DNA of 64,000 nucleotides from Albugo candida (Eukaryota): NCBI GenBank assembly GCA_040437565.1, contig JBDOQK010000045.1, positions 186,001 to 250,000 of the forward strand, read 5' to 3'. Shown piece by piece: positions 61,501 to 64,000 of this stretch (position 1 is its first letter; each line of letters starts with the position of its first letter). The notes under the pieces were generated by a model. It saw only the letters and a program-made list of their open reading frames with translations, ran no database searches and was not told where the DNA came from. The position numbers and the translations under genes were made by a program.

Positions 61501-64000
61501 TTAAGTAGATTTTGCGAGCGATATCGGAAGGGGATGTCGTCTTGGTGAGAATACTTAAATCACAGATGGAACTACTGAAGGAAAACAACAGTGTTGTGGT
61601 GGTTGCTTTATCATCTTACCCAAGCCGCTCTACCTCTATCGATTGATATCAGTTTCATTAATCGGCGAAATGCATTAATGGAGAATTAGTGCTCACATCC
61701 ACGAGAAAAGATTATAACAGATTCAGCGCTTATACGAAGGCATTTCAGTATCTCTGTGCGAGAACGATTATGTACAATATCGATGAGATCAAGCGAAGAA
61801 GCCTTCAATTCATGATATGTTGTTTAATAGAGAAAATAAGTGGCACATTTGAAGAGATAATCATGTAAAGTTTAAACGGTAATACAGCATCACTTGACGG
61901 CAACCAGGGATTAAAATGAGAGCTGGACACCATCAGATGTCAAAAGACATTTGTACAAGTCTCACACTTCTCCCGTACAGGTTATAAACCAAATCACGTC
62001 GCGATTCTACATTCGTAGCTTTGTTACTATTGACTGTCGGATGCAATTGCGTTAAGGTGGCTTATACAATTACGTCCACGCAGAGGTTTCATACTAAAGC
62101 TAGTTGCTCCAAACGAAACAATAAATACAGCTCGGTAGTGGTATAGAAAGAAGAAGCTGTAATTTCTGTGAGCAGGAAGCTACACTGTCGGATGTGCATG
62201 GCAGATATCAAAGAAGGGTGGTGGGTGGTTGTCTCACTACAATCTTCGCAGACTAGTTCCTATGGACGTGTGGAATGAATATGAAGCTATCCGAGATTTA
62301 AGATACTCACATGAGTAAGTGACAACGCGTGACTTGACTCACAGAACAAAGCTGGAATATGACTGCGGTAGTGAACAAAGCCGTCAGTTATAGCGGCAAG
62401 TATTTCCTCGAATAAACTCACAGAATACAAAATTTCTGTAAGAATCCAACGTAAATGTTGTACAGATTTACCTAGTATTACTGTCGAGGGCCATCTGGTA
62501 CATGCTCTATCGTGCCGAAAGGTTGCATGAATATAAACACCTTTCTCTGGAGAAAATGACACGATGCAGACTTTCAACTCGCGATTGGTAAAAATTTCGT
62601 TCTGCACGAGTTAAGCGATTTCAAAACATGACATGTGATAAGAAGGGCTGTTCGCTCTTATTATTCCTCCAAAAAAAGGAGAACATATTTGAATCAGCTC
62701 GAGTGTGCTTTAATTGCTGTACCCAATTCGTGACGAATTCAATCTCAAGACCACTATAGTAGCGAATTTGCTAAAATTGTGTTGTTATGTCGATAAACTA
62801 TGTCGGCATTCCATGACTAACAGTAAACGTAGTTTCACCTCATTTACCACCGGTCAACATCAAAACCCAAGTTCTTCCAGTGTTTGACTCATTCATCAGG
62901 ACTGAACGGGACCTATGACATCTAATCGAGCAATCACATACTACCGACTAATTTTATGAACGAAACTGCGGATGTCAATGCATTAAACCAGACATTTAAG
63001 GTAGATGACGCACTATTGCGACATCTGAATTCGACGAACCTTGATGAAGTCGTTTTCTGCTCGAAGAATACTTCCTGAGTACGGAAAACACGCCACATGC
63101 ACTATCCCACTTGGCATTTTGTGCTATTAGAACATCATCTGCTGGTCGTGGATAGTGACCGAGTCTATGAAATATACAAGGATTCTCTGCATTAGACGTT
63201 TAATGGACGAAGCTTGGACGAGATATTCGGAAGAATCTTTATGGTTAAATTCTTTTAGACATATTGATGTCATGGGAACATCAAGGGGAAGTGGAATGGT
63301 TCTAGCTGTACTTGTTCACTGAAAGCACTATGAGGAAGACACGGAATAAGTTTAAATTGGATTTAAAGAAGCAGACGCATTTTGACCCAAATCTGAAGTG
63401 GGATTTGGGAATGCGATCACGAAGGCTACACAGGGAGTGGGGTTGAAAATAGTAGTAAAATTAGAAAAATTGGTTACTGGTGACACAAGTGCTCGTGCTT
63501 CCTAGGAACTTCCAGAATTTTTTTTAGAATTCATGTACATTTAGCCCATCGTGATTACCACCCAATAAGATCATTGTCGTCACGGGTAGCTGATTGTGGG
63601 AAAATTATCAAACAGAAAAAGCAAAGAGATGGACAAGAGCAGCAAGAATGGAACAGCATACGCCTGCTTACTGTTACCACCTAGCCATTTCTAAGAAAGC
63701 GCTTCTTTAAAACCAAACTCCTTTCTTTTAGAAAACGATTTCACAAAGCACTCTTCTCCCGCACTGCCTCATATTCCACTTAATTGATCAGATCGAGCTT
63801 AGAGATATCTCATGTATGCTTGATATAAAATAAAATGAAGCTTCGAGTATCGATGTAGCCAGCCTTCAGACAAAATCATGAAGAAAACCTCAATCCAACG
63901 AAATGCCGCTTCTTTGTATGTATGCAATCGTCCATCAAATGGATGTACGGGTGATCTAGAACCACCTTGCGCTTATACTGTATTATGTTCTAAGAATGAG

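Noticed and set aside
62287-63300. Minus-strand ORF fragments that might be another effector relic
   Set aside because: No signal peptide or ordered motif match could be established.

Overview
This is eukaryotic, gene-sparse, transposon-rich scaffold sequence with four 100-N gaps. It is most likely from a white-rust oomycete (Albugo), inferred from a signal-peptide + CHxC/CxxCxxxxxG protein and oomycete-type Copia gag and PBS motifs. There is one clearly intact gene: an intronless, minus-strand secreted CCG/CHxC effector-like protein (25002-27179, 725 aa from the likely start). It is built from five degenerate cysteine modules whose cysteines are mostly lost in pairs. Around it, all on the minus strand, are disrupted paralogues: clear at 4321-4881 and 39574-40943, fainter at about 1.0-2.8, 6.2-7.45, 10.8-12.1, 23.8-24.2 and 29.4-31.8 kb. 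Between them lie decayed mobile elements: one complete Copia with both LTRs and a 5-bp TSD, several Copia fragments, three copies of an IS630/Tc1-mariner-type DDE transposase with a long D-to-E spacing, a MULE transposase, a possible LINE fragment, and an LTR-like repeat whose end resembles a tRNA/Pol III unit. No rRNA, intact tRNA or CRISPR array is supported. All alignments were done by eye; no database searches were run.
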